Origin: Neoechinorhynchus agilis
Lineage: Eukaryota > Animalia > Acanthocephala
DNA length: 64,000 nucleotides
Direction: 5' to 3'
NCBI GenBank assembly: GCA_051530055.1
Contig: CM121342.1
Span: 14,709,480 to 14,773,479 of the forward strand
The position numbers and the translations under genes are program-made. Positions 25,209-37,500 of this stretch are shown here, one piece after another; position 1 is the stretch's first letter, and every line of letters starts with the position of its first letter. The notes below the pieces were generated by a model. That model did not search any database. It was not told where the DNA came from and saw only the letters and a program-made list of their open reading frames with translations.

Positions 25209-27866
25209 TCAGTCCTCCCACGGCTCGCAATGTACAAGGAAAAATATGGATCCAGTCTTAAGATCGTGAATATTCGCTCCACTGTGAGTTATTCGACATT
25301 TAACTGAACTAATTACGCGACCAAAGATGTACACAATTGTTGAGGATTCTTGAAAACATTTAGCGATCTTCCACGATTTTTCATTGTCCAGAAAATGTGG
25401 TAGATCTGCATCAACACAAATCCTGTAACGAAGAGCACTTAGTTGAGTACTCCATTTCGAGTTTTCGATTTGTGAAGAGATGCAACAACGTACAATTGCT
25501 ACCTTTTCATTACTACAGACACGAAATGATTCTATTGGACGGTCTTTCTGCAACTCTCCACTCGCGTCCATTATCATCTTTATGCGTATTTTTGTTTGTT
25601 TTTAAGAACACACACAAAAATGCCACCATATATGCTCAGGATATTGAAAGATTTTAAGCTCGAATATATTTTTAATAAAGTGATTTTTGATTTTCGCCTC
25701 GAATTCGCTCCTTCGCTCCTCATCATCCAGTCGTATGTCTTGTAAAATAGGCGCTATTTTGCCAAAAATGCGTTTGACCTGACAAATTACCATTTTCCTT
25801 CTCTCTGCTTCCTGGAGTATGCCTTCAATTAATCGTGGACATGACAAAAACTGGTCGATGAACTTTACTCGACTTCGCAATCGGTCTCGTGTAGCAACCA
25901 ACATCCTTACATCTGTATCGCACTTATAAATATCATGCTCGCAGTTAATTAGCCATCGTAATTTGGTATTCAATAGACGAATAAGCTTTTCCTTGGATCT
26001 CTGAACGGAGAAATGAACTTCACGAGCATAACTAAGCATTTTCTCAACTTCCGCCAATGCTATCTTATGAAACTTTTCACAAACATCATACATGAATGCG
26101 CTATCTTTCTGAATACTCAAATCGTCCAAAATTCGTTCCATTGACGTTCTAATACTTTGTTCGTATTCTGTAGATCGGTCAAGAAATTTGTGAACATTGT
26201 CTACTCATCCAAGGTCGTTCAAATAGGAGGCTAAACAATTTTTTTTGAATCTTACACTAAAATCCTAATACCTGCATTTCTATTGATACTGGACTTTCTT
26301 TTCAGAAGAAGTTTATAAATCATGTAGGTTCTGCAAGTGTTAAACTCAATTTACTTTATTTTTTGAAGAAAGAATATTGCCCTGAACTGTTGAATGCATC
26401 TTTGATGTGGGTATAATCATTTTTTCGATCGAAGCTATAAAAAAAGAAGAGAAAATACGAGAGTTCCACACAAGGACCTTAAGCAGTTCTTAAGTTAAGC
26501 AACAAATTAATGATAGTACACAAATAGGAAGACAAAAATTTTCTAATTTTCGTTTATGTCAATAAATAAAGCGGCTCATGGTTTTAAAAAAATATCTACG
26601 CTTACTTGAGACGACCTTCGATTTTTATACGGCCACTTGAAGTTCGGTCAACTCATCTTCTATATTATCCAACTTCTTGTCAGGTGATGTATTTACTCCA
26701 TGAAGTAAATCCTTAATTGACTTAAATCGATCGGTGATTTGACTTTGACTAATCTAAAATTACACTTTGGTTAGTCTATTCAGTATAAGCAGTTCGATTA
26801 TTAAAAACATTTGACTCGATGATCCGTTTCACAGGAGCAGATACGTAATCGAACGGGGATAAGAAAACAAAATTATGTTTCGAAGTAGCGCCATAGAATC
26901 GTATATAACACTTTAAGGGACGAGTACCAGAAATGTTAGTTTTTATTTAGCGGAGCTCACCTCTTTTAAACATTTTGAAAACGTTCCTGAATCTGACAGT
27001 TTCAAATATTCCGTCAAATCTATTTCAGTCGTTGACTTGAACTAAATTCTAATAGCATGAAACAACTTGAGTTCCATTGTCCAATACTTACATGACTGCT
27101 GATTAAGTCAAATGCATTTTCAAAAGATTCATCCAGCGATAAAGCTTCCCTGACAGATTTGGGAAATTTTTGTGATTTTAATTGCTTAACTACTAGAAGA
27201 ACGTCTTTCTCCTCCTTCAATTCCACATCATCTTCTAACTCCGAAGTCATTGTCTCTACCAAACCCAAACATGAATCTATAAAATCATCAAGGTTCGCTA
27301 AGGCAGTCATCCACCCTTGTGTGTGAAACCGATTCCACCTTTAAGACTACCCCAGGAAGATCCAATTTCCTTTAATTGTAGATGCTGATCGCGCAGAAGG
27401 CTATCGCATTCGTTTGAAAGTATGTAAATATCCTCTCGAATTCCACACATAATCTCATATCTGTACTTCACACAGTTAACTGATGGCTTTTCATTCAAGC
27501 AGTGCCGTATTTCACGCTCGAAGACGTGCTGTTCACAAAGCGACACTTCGCTTTCTAATTCATTCAAGTTGAGAAGGTTCGTTGAAAACAAGAAAATCGG
27601 ATTGTCGTCCGTTCCCGCTCCAAGTTCACATATCTTGTCTTCGTCCAACACCAAATAACCACCACTAATCAACAGTACTTGTTGATCTCTTTGTATGCAG
27701 GTATCGTTTTCCAATAGCGATTTTATGTGCTTAATACTATGAGGAATTGGAGTAAAAATAAACTTTAGATAAGTTCGTACTTTGTAAATATAAGATTAGA
27801 ACCGTCTCCAGGTTCAAAGTCGTATGAGTGCATAATCCCTCTGATAACCTCGAAAATATAAAGCAT
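25209..27866 (-). CDS. RB1CC1: RB1CC1/FIP200 (Atg11/Atg17-like autophagy scaffold), compact
   Basis: MLYIFEV start, QQVLLISGG...GAGTDDNPIFLFS, DQHLQ..GW.TALANLDD, KEKLIRLLNTKLRW, and an Atg11 C-terminal claw-like domain. Canonical introns plus three hairpin-type interruptions; the exon model around 26760-26910 is uncertain. Confidence 0.8.
26202..26627 (-). other. 426-nt TIR/hairpin insert in RB1CC1 flanked by GTA repeats, with an internal GT-AG segment
   Basis: GCC GTA [TAA...GGATGA GTA] GAC. The ends pair (ATCGAAGGTCGT/ACGACCTTGGAT, 11 of 12). Confidence 0.6.
27320..27372 (-). other. Candidate 53-nt hairpin intron in RB1CC1
   Basis: Frameshift inside DQHLQ-x-QGW with pairing ends GAAATT/GGTTTC and TTCC/GGAA. 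A weak GT-AG alternative adds 6 aa. Confidence 0.45.
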
Positions 27867-28549
27867 TTTATCTATTTCGGATACGTCTATAAAGTGCGAA
27901 ACGTTTATGATAGATATCAAAAATTTGCTCGTGAAAATTTCAAAATATTCAAACCAACTTGGGAAGCGTGCTTCTAGGCCGTTTGCGCTGCGATAATTTT
28001 ATTTCATCAAATTCGATTTCTTTTAAACCAACGATACGCTATTAAAATTCGGCCAGCGAACAAACAACGCAAAAAGAACATAGACGAGTGTCGTTGATGA
28101 GTATTACCACAAATGGGGACATCCAAATGGTACAGAGCGTTTTTAGCCGTGCTCAAATTAAGAATTTTTGCTGCTCAAGTCGGAATTCGTGAGAGGCGCT
28201 TCGTCCAGCGAATCGATAAAGAGACCAATGCCAAAGCTGTTCAACCAAAAAATCACTTTGAAGTCATTTGGAGTCTAAGAAAAGTCAACATTGACGCTGC
28301 TCAATCAATCTTGGCAGTTTTTACGTACGCAGTGAAATGTAACAAGCAGGAGAAACCTCCGCACGAGACTGACGCCGTAGGGTGGAAATCAATAAGGGAA
28401 GCATTGATATTTGCCACAAATGACGGAATGAAACTATTTAGTGGGAGCCGCCTTGCATAAAAAAAGGATGTCTCATTCACTCTTTTGTGAACTAAGTTTT
28501 GTCTTAGAAAAAAGAACAACCACATAATATTTTTTAAATAACTAAATCC

Positions 28550-31500
28550 TTTTTTTCGAGGTCCGATATTTCTGAAGTGCAAGTTTTCTATCAATTAACC
28601 TTCTAGAAAGGCACGAGATTGTGGGCCTCGCAAAAATATCGGACCTGATAAATTCCTTCTTTAATTTTTCCGTTCTTATCGATTTGTTTAAATATTGAAT
28701 TGTTCATTTTTTTATCAAGGAAAAAATGAAAAAAGGAATTTATTAGGTCCGATATTTCTGAAGTGCAGGTTTTCTATCAATTAACCTTCTAGAAAGGCAC
28801 GAGATTGTGGGCCTCGCAAAAATATCGGACCTGATAAATTCCTTCTTTAATTTTTCCGTTCTTATCGAATTGTTTAAATATTGTATTGTTCATGTTTTTC
28901 TATCAAGGAAAAAATGAAAAAAGGAATTTATTAGGTCCGATATTTCGGAAGTGCAAGTTTTCTATCAATTAACCTTCTAGAAAGGCACGAGATTGTGGGC
29001 CTCGCAAAAATATCGGACCTGATAAATTCCTTCTTTAATTTTTCCGTTCTTATCAAATTGTTTAAATATTGAATTGTTCATTTTTTTCTATCAAGGAAAA
29101 AATGAATAAAGGAATTTATTGGGTCCGATATTTCTGAAGTGCGAGGTTTCTATTAATTAACCTTCTAGAAAGGCACGAGATTGTGGGCCTCGCAAAACTG
29201 TCGGACCTGATAAATTCCTTCTTTAATTTTTCCGTTCTTATCGATTTGTTTAAATATTGAATTGTTCATTTTTTTATCAAGGAAAAAATGAAAAAAGCAA
29301 TTTATTAGGTCCAATATTTCCAAAGTGCAAGTTTTCTATCAATTAACCTTCTAGAAAGGCACGAGATTGTGGGCCTCGCAAAAATATCGGACCTGATAAA
29401 TTTCTTCTTTAATTTTTCCGTTCTTATCGAATTGTTTAAATATTGAATTGTTCATTTTTTTATCAAGGAAAAAATGAAAAAAGGAATTTATTAAGTCCGA
29501 TATTTCGGAAGTGCAAGTTTTCTATCAATTAACCTTCTAGAAAGGCACGAGATTGTGGGCCTCGCAAAACTATCGGACCTGATAAATTCCTTCTTTAATT
29601 TTTCCGATCTTATCGATTTGTTTAAATATTGAATTGTTCATTTTTTTATCAAGGAAAAATGAAAAAATGAATTTATTGGGTCCGATATTTCGGAAGTGCA
29701 AGTTTTCTATCAATTAACCTTCGCGAAAGGCACGAGATTGTGGGCCTCGCAAAACTATCGGACCTGATAAATTCCTTCTTTAATTTTTCCCTTCTTATCG
29801 ATTTGTTTAAATATTGAATTGTTCATTTTTTTATCAAGGGAAAAATTAAAAAAGGAATTTATTAGGTCCGATATTTCTGAAGTGCAAGTTTTCTATCAAT
29901 TAACCTTCTAGAAACGCACAGGATTGTGGGCTTCGCAAAAATATCGGACCCGATAAATTCCTTCTTTAATTTTTCCGTTCTTATCAAATTGTTTAAATAT
30001 TAAATTGTTCATTTTTTTATCAAGATAAAAATGAAAAAAGGAATTTATTAGGTCCGATATTTCTGAAGTGCAAGTTTTCTATCAATTAACCTTCTAGAAA
30101 GCCACCAGATTGTGGGCTTCGCAAAAATATCGGACCCGATAAATCCCTTCTTTAATTTTTCCGTTCTTATCGAATTGTTTAAATATTTAATTGTTCATTT
30201 TTTATCAAGGAAAAAATGAAAGAAGCAATTTATTAGGTCCGATATTTCTGAAGTGCAAGTTTTCTATCAATTAACCTTCTAGAAAGGCACGAGATTGTGG
30301 GCTTCGCAAAAATATCGGACCCGATAAATTCCTTCTTTAATTTTTCCGTTCTTATCGAATTGTTTAAATATTGAATTGTTCATTTTTTTATCAAGGAAAA
30401 AATGAAAAAATGAATTTATTGGGTCCGATATTTCGGAAGTGCAAGTTTTCTATCAATTAACCTTCTAGAAAGGCACGAGATTGTGGGCCTCGCAAAAATA
30501 TCGGACCTGATAAATTCCTTCTTTAAGTTTTCCGTTCTTATCGAATTGTTTAAATATTGAATTGTACATGTTTTTTTATCAAGGAAAAATTAAAAAGGAA
30601 TTTATAAGTTCCGATATTTCGAAAGTGCAAGTTTTCTATCAATTAACCTTCTAGAAAGGCACGAGATTGTGGGCCTCGCAAAAATGTCGGACCTGATAAA
30701 TTCCTTCTTTAATTTTTCCGTTCTTATCGAAGTGTTTAAATATTGTATTGTTCCTGTTTTTCTATCAAGGAAAAAATGAAAAAAGCAATTTATTAGGTCC
30801 GATATTTCGGAAGTGCAAGTTTTCTATCAATTAACCTTCTAGAAAGGCACGAGATTGTGGGCCTCGCAAAAATATCGGACCTTATCAATTCCTTCTTTAA
30901 TTTTTTCGTTCTTATCGAATTGTTTAAATATTGAATTGTTCATTTTTTTATCAAGGAAAAAATGAAAAAAGCAATTTATTAGGTCCGATATTTCTGAAGT
31001 GCAAGTTTTCTATCAATTAACCTTCTAGAAAGGCACGAGATTGTGGGCATGGCAAAAATATCGGACCTTATAAATTCCTTCTTTAATTTTTCCGTTCTTA
31101 TCGAATTGTTTAAATATTGAATTGTTCATTTTTTTTTCAAGGGTCTGAAGTGAAAGTTTTCTATCAATTAACCTTCTGAAAAGGCACGGGATTGTGGGCT
31201 TCGCAAAAATATCGGACCTGATAAATTGCTTCTTTAATTTTTCCGTTTTTCGAATTGTTGTAATATTGAATTGTTCATTTTTTTATCAAAGAAAAAATTA
31301 AAAAAGGAATTTATTGGGTCCGATATTTCGGAAGTGCAAGTTTTCTATCAATTAACCTTCTAGAAAGGCACGAGATTGTGGGCCTCGCAAAACTATCGGA
31401 CCTGATAAAATCCTTCTTTAATTTTTCCGCTCTTATCGATTTGTTTAAATATTGAATTTTTCATTTTTTTATCAAGGAAAAAATGAAAAATTAATTTATT

Positions 31501-34500
31501 AGGTCCGATATTTCTGAAGTGCAAGTCTTCCATCAATTAATCTTCTAGAAAGGCACGGGGATTGCGGGCTTCGCAAAAATATCGGACCTGATAAATTCCT
31601 TCTTTAATTTTTCCGTTCTTGTCGAAGTGTTTAAATATTGTATTGTTCCTGTTTTTCTATCAAGGAAAAAATGAAAAAAGCAATTTATTGAGTCCGATAT
31701 TTCTTAAGTGCAAGTCTTCTATCAATTAACCTTCTAGAAAGGCACGAGATTGTGGGCTTCGCAAAAATATCGGACCCGATAAATTCCTTCTTTAATTTTT
31801 CCGTTCTTATCGATTTGTTAAAATATTGAATTGTTCATTTGTTATCAAGGAAAAAATGAAAAAAGAATTTATTAGGTCCGATATTTATGAAGTGCAAGTT
31901 TTCTATCAATTAACCTTCTAGAAAGGCACGAGATTGTGGGCTTCGCAAAAATATCGGACCTGATAAATTCCTTCTTTAATTTTTCCGTTCTTATCGAATT
32001 GTTTAAATATTGAATTGTTCACGTTTTTTTATCAAAGAAAAATTAAAAAGGAATTTATAAGTTCCGACATTTCGAAAGTGCAAGTTTTCTATCAATTAAC
32101 CTTCTAGAAAGGTACGAGATTGTTGGCCTCGCAAAAATGTCGGACCTGATAAATTCCTTCTTTAATTTTTCCGTTCTTGTCGAAGTGTTTAAATATTGTA
32201 TTGTTCCTGTTTTTCTATCAAGGAAAAAATGAAAAAAGGAATTTATTAGGTCCGACATTTCGGAAGTGCATGTTTTCTATCAATTAACCTTCTAGAAAGG
32301 CACTTGATGTGGGCTTCGCAAAAATATCGGACCTGATAAATTCCTTCTTTAATTTTTCCGTTAATATCGAATAGTTTAAATATTGAATTGTTCACGTTTT
32401 TTTATCAAGGAAAAATTAAAAAGGAATTTATAAGTTCCGATATTTCGAAGGTGCAAGTTTTCTATCAATTAACCTTCTAGAAAGGCACGAGATTGTGGGC
32501 CTCGCAAAAATATCGGACCTGATAAATTCCTTCTTTAATTTTTCCGTTAATATCGAATAGTTTAAATAATGAATTGTTCACGTTTTTTTATCAAGGAAAA
32601 ATTAAAAAGGAATTTATAAGTTCCGATATTTCGAAAGTGCAAGTTTTCTATCAATTAACCTTCTAGAAGGCACGAGATTGTGGGCCTCGCAAAAATATCG
32701 GACCTGATAAATTCCTTCTTTAATTTTTCCGTTAATATCGAATAGTTTAAATAATGAATTGTTCACGTTTTTTTATCAAGGAAAAATTAAAAAGGAATTT
32801 ATAAGTTCCGATATTTCGAAAGTGCAAGTTTTCTATCAATTAACTTTCTAGAAAGGCACGAGATTGTGGGCCTCGCAAAACTGTCGGACCTGATAAATTC
32901 CTTCTTTAATTTTTCCGTTCTTATCGATTTGTTTAAATATTGAATTGTTTATTTTTTTATCAAGGAAAAAATGAAAAAAGGAATTTATTAGGTCCGACAT
33001 TTCGGAAGTGCAAGTTTTCTATCAATTAACTTTCTAGAAAGGCACGAGATTGTGGGCCTCGCAAAAGTATCGGACCTGATAAATTCCTTCTTTAATTTTT
33101 CCGTTGTTATCGAATTGTTTAAATATTGAATTGCTCATGTTTTTTTATCAAGGAAAAATGAAAAAGGAATTTATAAGGTCCGATATTTCGGAAGTGCAAG
33201 TTTTCTATCAATTAACCTTCTAGAAAGGCACGAGATTGTGGGCTTCGCAAAACTGTCGGACCTGATAAATTCCTTCTTTAATTTTTCCGTTCTTATCGAT
33301 TTGTTTAAATATTGAATTGTTTATTTTTTTATCAAGGAAAAAATGAAAAAAGGAATTTATTAGGTCCGATATTTCGGAAGTGCAAGTTTTCTATCAATTA
33401 ACCTTCTAGAAAGGCACGAGATTGTGGGCCTCGCAAAAATATCGGACCTGATAAATTCCTTCTTTAATTTTTCCGTTCTTATCGAATTGTTTAAATATTG
33501 AATTGTTCATGTTTTTTATCAAGGAAAAATGAAAAAAGAATTTATAAGGTCCGATATTTCGGAAGTGCAAGTTTTCTATCAATTAACCTTCTAGAAAGGC
33601 ACGAGATTGTGGGCCTCGCAAAAATATCGGACCTGATAAATTCCTTCTTTAATTTTTTCGTTCTTATCGAATTGTTTAAATATTGAATTGTTCATTTTTT
33701 TTATCAAGGAAAAAATGAAAAAAGGAATTTATTAGGTCCGATATTTCTGAAGTGCAAGTTTTCTATCAATTAACCTTCTAGAAAGGCACGGGATTGTGGG
33801 CTTCGCAAAAATATCGGAAATGATAAATTGCTTCTTTAATTTTTCCGTTCTTATCGAATTGTTTAAATATTGAATTGTTCATTTTTTTATCAAGGAAAAA
33901 ATTAAAAAAGGAATTTATTGGGTCCGATATTTCTGAAGTGCAAGTTTTCCATCAATTAACCTTCTAGAAAGGCACGGGATTGTGGGCTTCGCAAAAATAT
34001 CGGACCTGATAAATTCCTTCTTTAATTTTTCCGTTCTTATCGAATTGTTTAAATATTGAATTGTTCATGTTTTTTATCAAGGAAAAATGAAAAAGGAATT
34101 TATAAGGTCCGATATTTCTGAAGTGCAAGTTTTCTATCAATTAACCTTCTAGAAAGGCACGAGATTGTGGGCCTCGCAAAAATATCGGACCTGATAAATT
34201 CCTTCTTTAATTTTTCCGTTTTATCGAATTGTTTAAATATTGATTGTTCATTTTTATCAAGGAAAAATAAAAAGGATTTATAGTCCGATATTTCAAGTGC
34301 AAGTTTTCTATCAATTAACCTTCTAGAAAGGCACGAGATTGTGGGCCTCGCAAAATTCGGACCTGATAAATTCCTTCTTTAATTTTTCCGTTCTTATCGA
34401 TTTGTTTAAATATTGAATTGTTCATTTTTTTTCAAGGAAAAAATGAAAAAAGGAATTTATTAGGTCCGAATTTCGAAGTGCAAGTTTTCTATCAATTAAC

Positions 34501-37500
34501 TTCTAGAAAGGCACGAGATTGTGGGCTCGAATATCGGACCTGATAAATTCCTTCTTAATTTTTCGTTTTTCGATTGTTTAATATTAATTGTTTTTCTCGA
34601 AATATCGGACCGATAAATTCTTCTTAATTTTCCGTTCTTATGAATTGTTTAAATATTGAATTGTTCATTTTTTTATCAAGGAAAAATGAAAAAGGAATTT
34701 ATAAGGTCCGATATTTCGGAAGTGCAAGTTTTCTATCAATTAACCTTCTAGAAAGGCACGAGATTGTGGGCCTCGCAAAACTGTCGGACCTGATAAATTC
34801 CTTCTTTAATTTTTCCGTTCTTATCGATTTGTTTAAATATTGAATTGTTCATTTTTTTATCAAGGAAAAAATGAAAAAAGGAATTTATTAGGTCCGATAT
34901 TTCGGAAGTGCAAGTTTTCTATCAATTAACCTTCTAGAAAGGCACGAGATTGTGGGCCTCGCAAAAATATCGGACCTGATAAATTCCTTCTTTAATTTTT
35001 CCGTTCTTATCGAATTGTTTAAATATTGAATTGTTCATGTTTTTTATCAAGGAAAAATGAAAAAAGAATTTATTAGGTCCGATATTTCGGAAGTGCAAGT
35101 TTTCTATCAATTAACCTTCTAGAAAGGCACGAGATTGTGGGCTTCGCAAAAATATCGGACCTGATAAATTCCTTCTTTAATTTTTCCGTTCTTATCGAAT
35201 TGTTTAAATATTGAATTGTTCATTTTTTTATCAAGGAAAAAATGAAAAAAGGAATTTATTAGGTCCGATATTTCTGAAGTGCAAGTTTTCTATCAATTAA
35301 CCTTCTAGAAAGGCACGAGATTGTGGGCTTCGCAAAAATATCGGACCTGATAAATTCCTTCTTTAATTTTTCCGTTCTTATCGAATTGTTTAAATATTGA
35401 ATTGTTCATTTTTTTATCAAGGAAAAAATTAAAAAAGGAATTTATTGGGTCCGATATTTCTGAAGTGCAAGTTTTCTATCAATTAACCTTCTAGAAAGGC
35501 ACGGGATTGTGGGCTTCGCAAAAATATCGGACCTGATAAATTCCTTCTTTAATTTTTCCGTTCTTATCGAATTGTTTAAATATTGAATTGTTCATGTTTT
35601 TTATCAAGGAAAAATGAAAAAGGAATTTATAAGGTCCGATATTTCTGAAGTGCAGGTTTTCTATCAATTAACCTTCTAGAAAGGCACGAGATTGTGGGCC
35701 TCGCAAAAATATCGGACCTGATAAATTCCTTCTTTAATTTTTCCGTTCTTATCGAATTGTTTAAATATTGTATTGTTCATGTTTTTCTATCAAGGAAAAA
35801 ATGAAAAAAGGAATTTATTAGGTCCGATATTTCGGAAGTGCAAGTTTTCTATCAATTAACCTTCTAGAAAGGCACGAGATTGTGGGCCTCGCAAAAATAT
35901 CGGACCTGATAAATTCGTTCCTTAATTTTTCCGTTCTTATCGAATTGTTTAAATATTGTATTGTTCATGTTTTTCTATCAAGGAAAAAATGAAAAAAGCC
36001 ATTTATTAGGTCCAATATTTCCAAAGTGCAAGTTTTCTATCAATTAAACTTCTAGAAAGGCACGAGATTGTGGGCCTCGCAAAAATATCGGACCTGATAA
36101 ATTCCTTCTTTAATTTTTCCGTTAATATCGAATTGTTTAAATATTGAATTGTTCATTTTTTTATCAAGGAAAAATTAAAAAGGAATTTATAAGGTCCGAT
36201 ATTTCGAAAGTGCAAGTTTTCTATCAATTAACCTTCTAGAAAGGCACGAGATTGTGGGCCTCGCAAAACTGTCGGACCTGATAAATTCCTTCTTTAATTT
36301 TTCCGTTCTTATCGATTTGTTTAAATATTGAATTGTTTATTTTTTTATCAAGGAAAAAATGAAAAAAGGAATTTATTAGGTCCGACATTTCGGAAGTGCA
36401 AGTTTTCTATCAATTAACTTTCTAGAAAGGCACGAGATTGTGGGCCTCGCAAAAATATCGGACCTGATAAATTCCTTCTTTAATTTTTCCGTTGTTATCG
36501 AATTGTTTAAATATTGAATTGCTCATGTTTTTTTATCAAGGAAAAATGAAAAAAGAATTTATAAGGTCCGATATTTCGGAAGTGCAAGTTTTCTATCAAT
36601 TAACCTTCTAGAAAGGCACGAGATGGTGGGCTTCGCAAAAATATCGGACCTGATAAATTCCTTCTTTAACTTTTCCGTTCTTATTGAATTGTTTAAATAT
36701 TGAATTGCTCATGTTTTATTATCAATGAAAAATGAAAAAGGAATTTATAAGGTCCGATATTTCGGAAGTGCAAGTTTTCTATCAATTAACCTTCTAGAAA
36801 GGCACGAGATTGTGGGCCTCGCAAAAATGTCGGACCTGATAAATTCGTTCTTTAATTTTTCCGTTTTTATCCAATTGTTTAAATATTGAATTGTTCATTT
36901 TTTCTACCAAGGAAAAAATCAAAAAAGGAATTTATTGGGTCCGATATTTCTGAAGTGCGAGCTTTCTATCAATTAACCTTCTAGAACGGCACGAGATTGT
37001 GGGCCTCGCAAAACTGTCGGACCTGATAAATTCCTTCTTTAATTTTTCCGTTCTTATCGATTTGTTTAAATATTGAATTGTTCATTTTTTTATCAAGGAA
37101 AAAATGAAAAAACAATTTATTAGGTCCGATATTTCGGAAGTGCAAGTTTTCTATCAATTAACCTTCTAGAAAGGCACGAGATTGTGGGCCTCGCAAAAAT
37201 ATCGGACCTGATAAATTCCTTCTTTAATTTTTTCGTTCTTATCGAATTGTTTAAATATTGAATTGTTCGTTTTTTTATCAAGGAAAAAATGAAAAAAGGA
37301 ATTTTTTAGGTCCGATATTTCTGAAGTGCAAGTTTTCTATCAATTAACCTTCTAGAAAGGCACGGGATTGTGGGCTTCGCAAAAATATCGGAAATGATAA
37401 ATTGCTTCTTTAATTTTTCCGTTCTTATCGAATTGTTTAAATATTGAATTGTTTTTTTTTATCAAGGAAAAAATGAAAAAACAATTTATTAGGTCCGATA

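Noticed and set aside
26760-26910. YDSMALL resembling vertebrate RB1CC1 CFDSMSRL in an alternative frame
   Set aside because: It would need two unexplained frame changes, whereas a canonical in-frame exon reading exists. Left unresolved.
28113-28460. 115-aa ORF between RB1CC1 and the satellite
   Set aside because: No recognisable motif or splice support; cannot be supported as a gene.
34200-34640. Burst of small deletions in the satellite
   Set aside because: Many scattered 1-2-nt deletions in a short span look like low-quality long-read consensus rather than biology.
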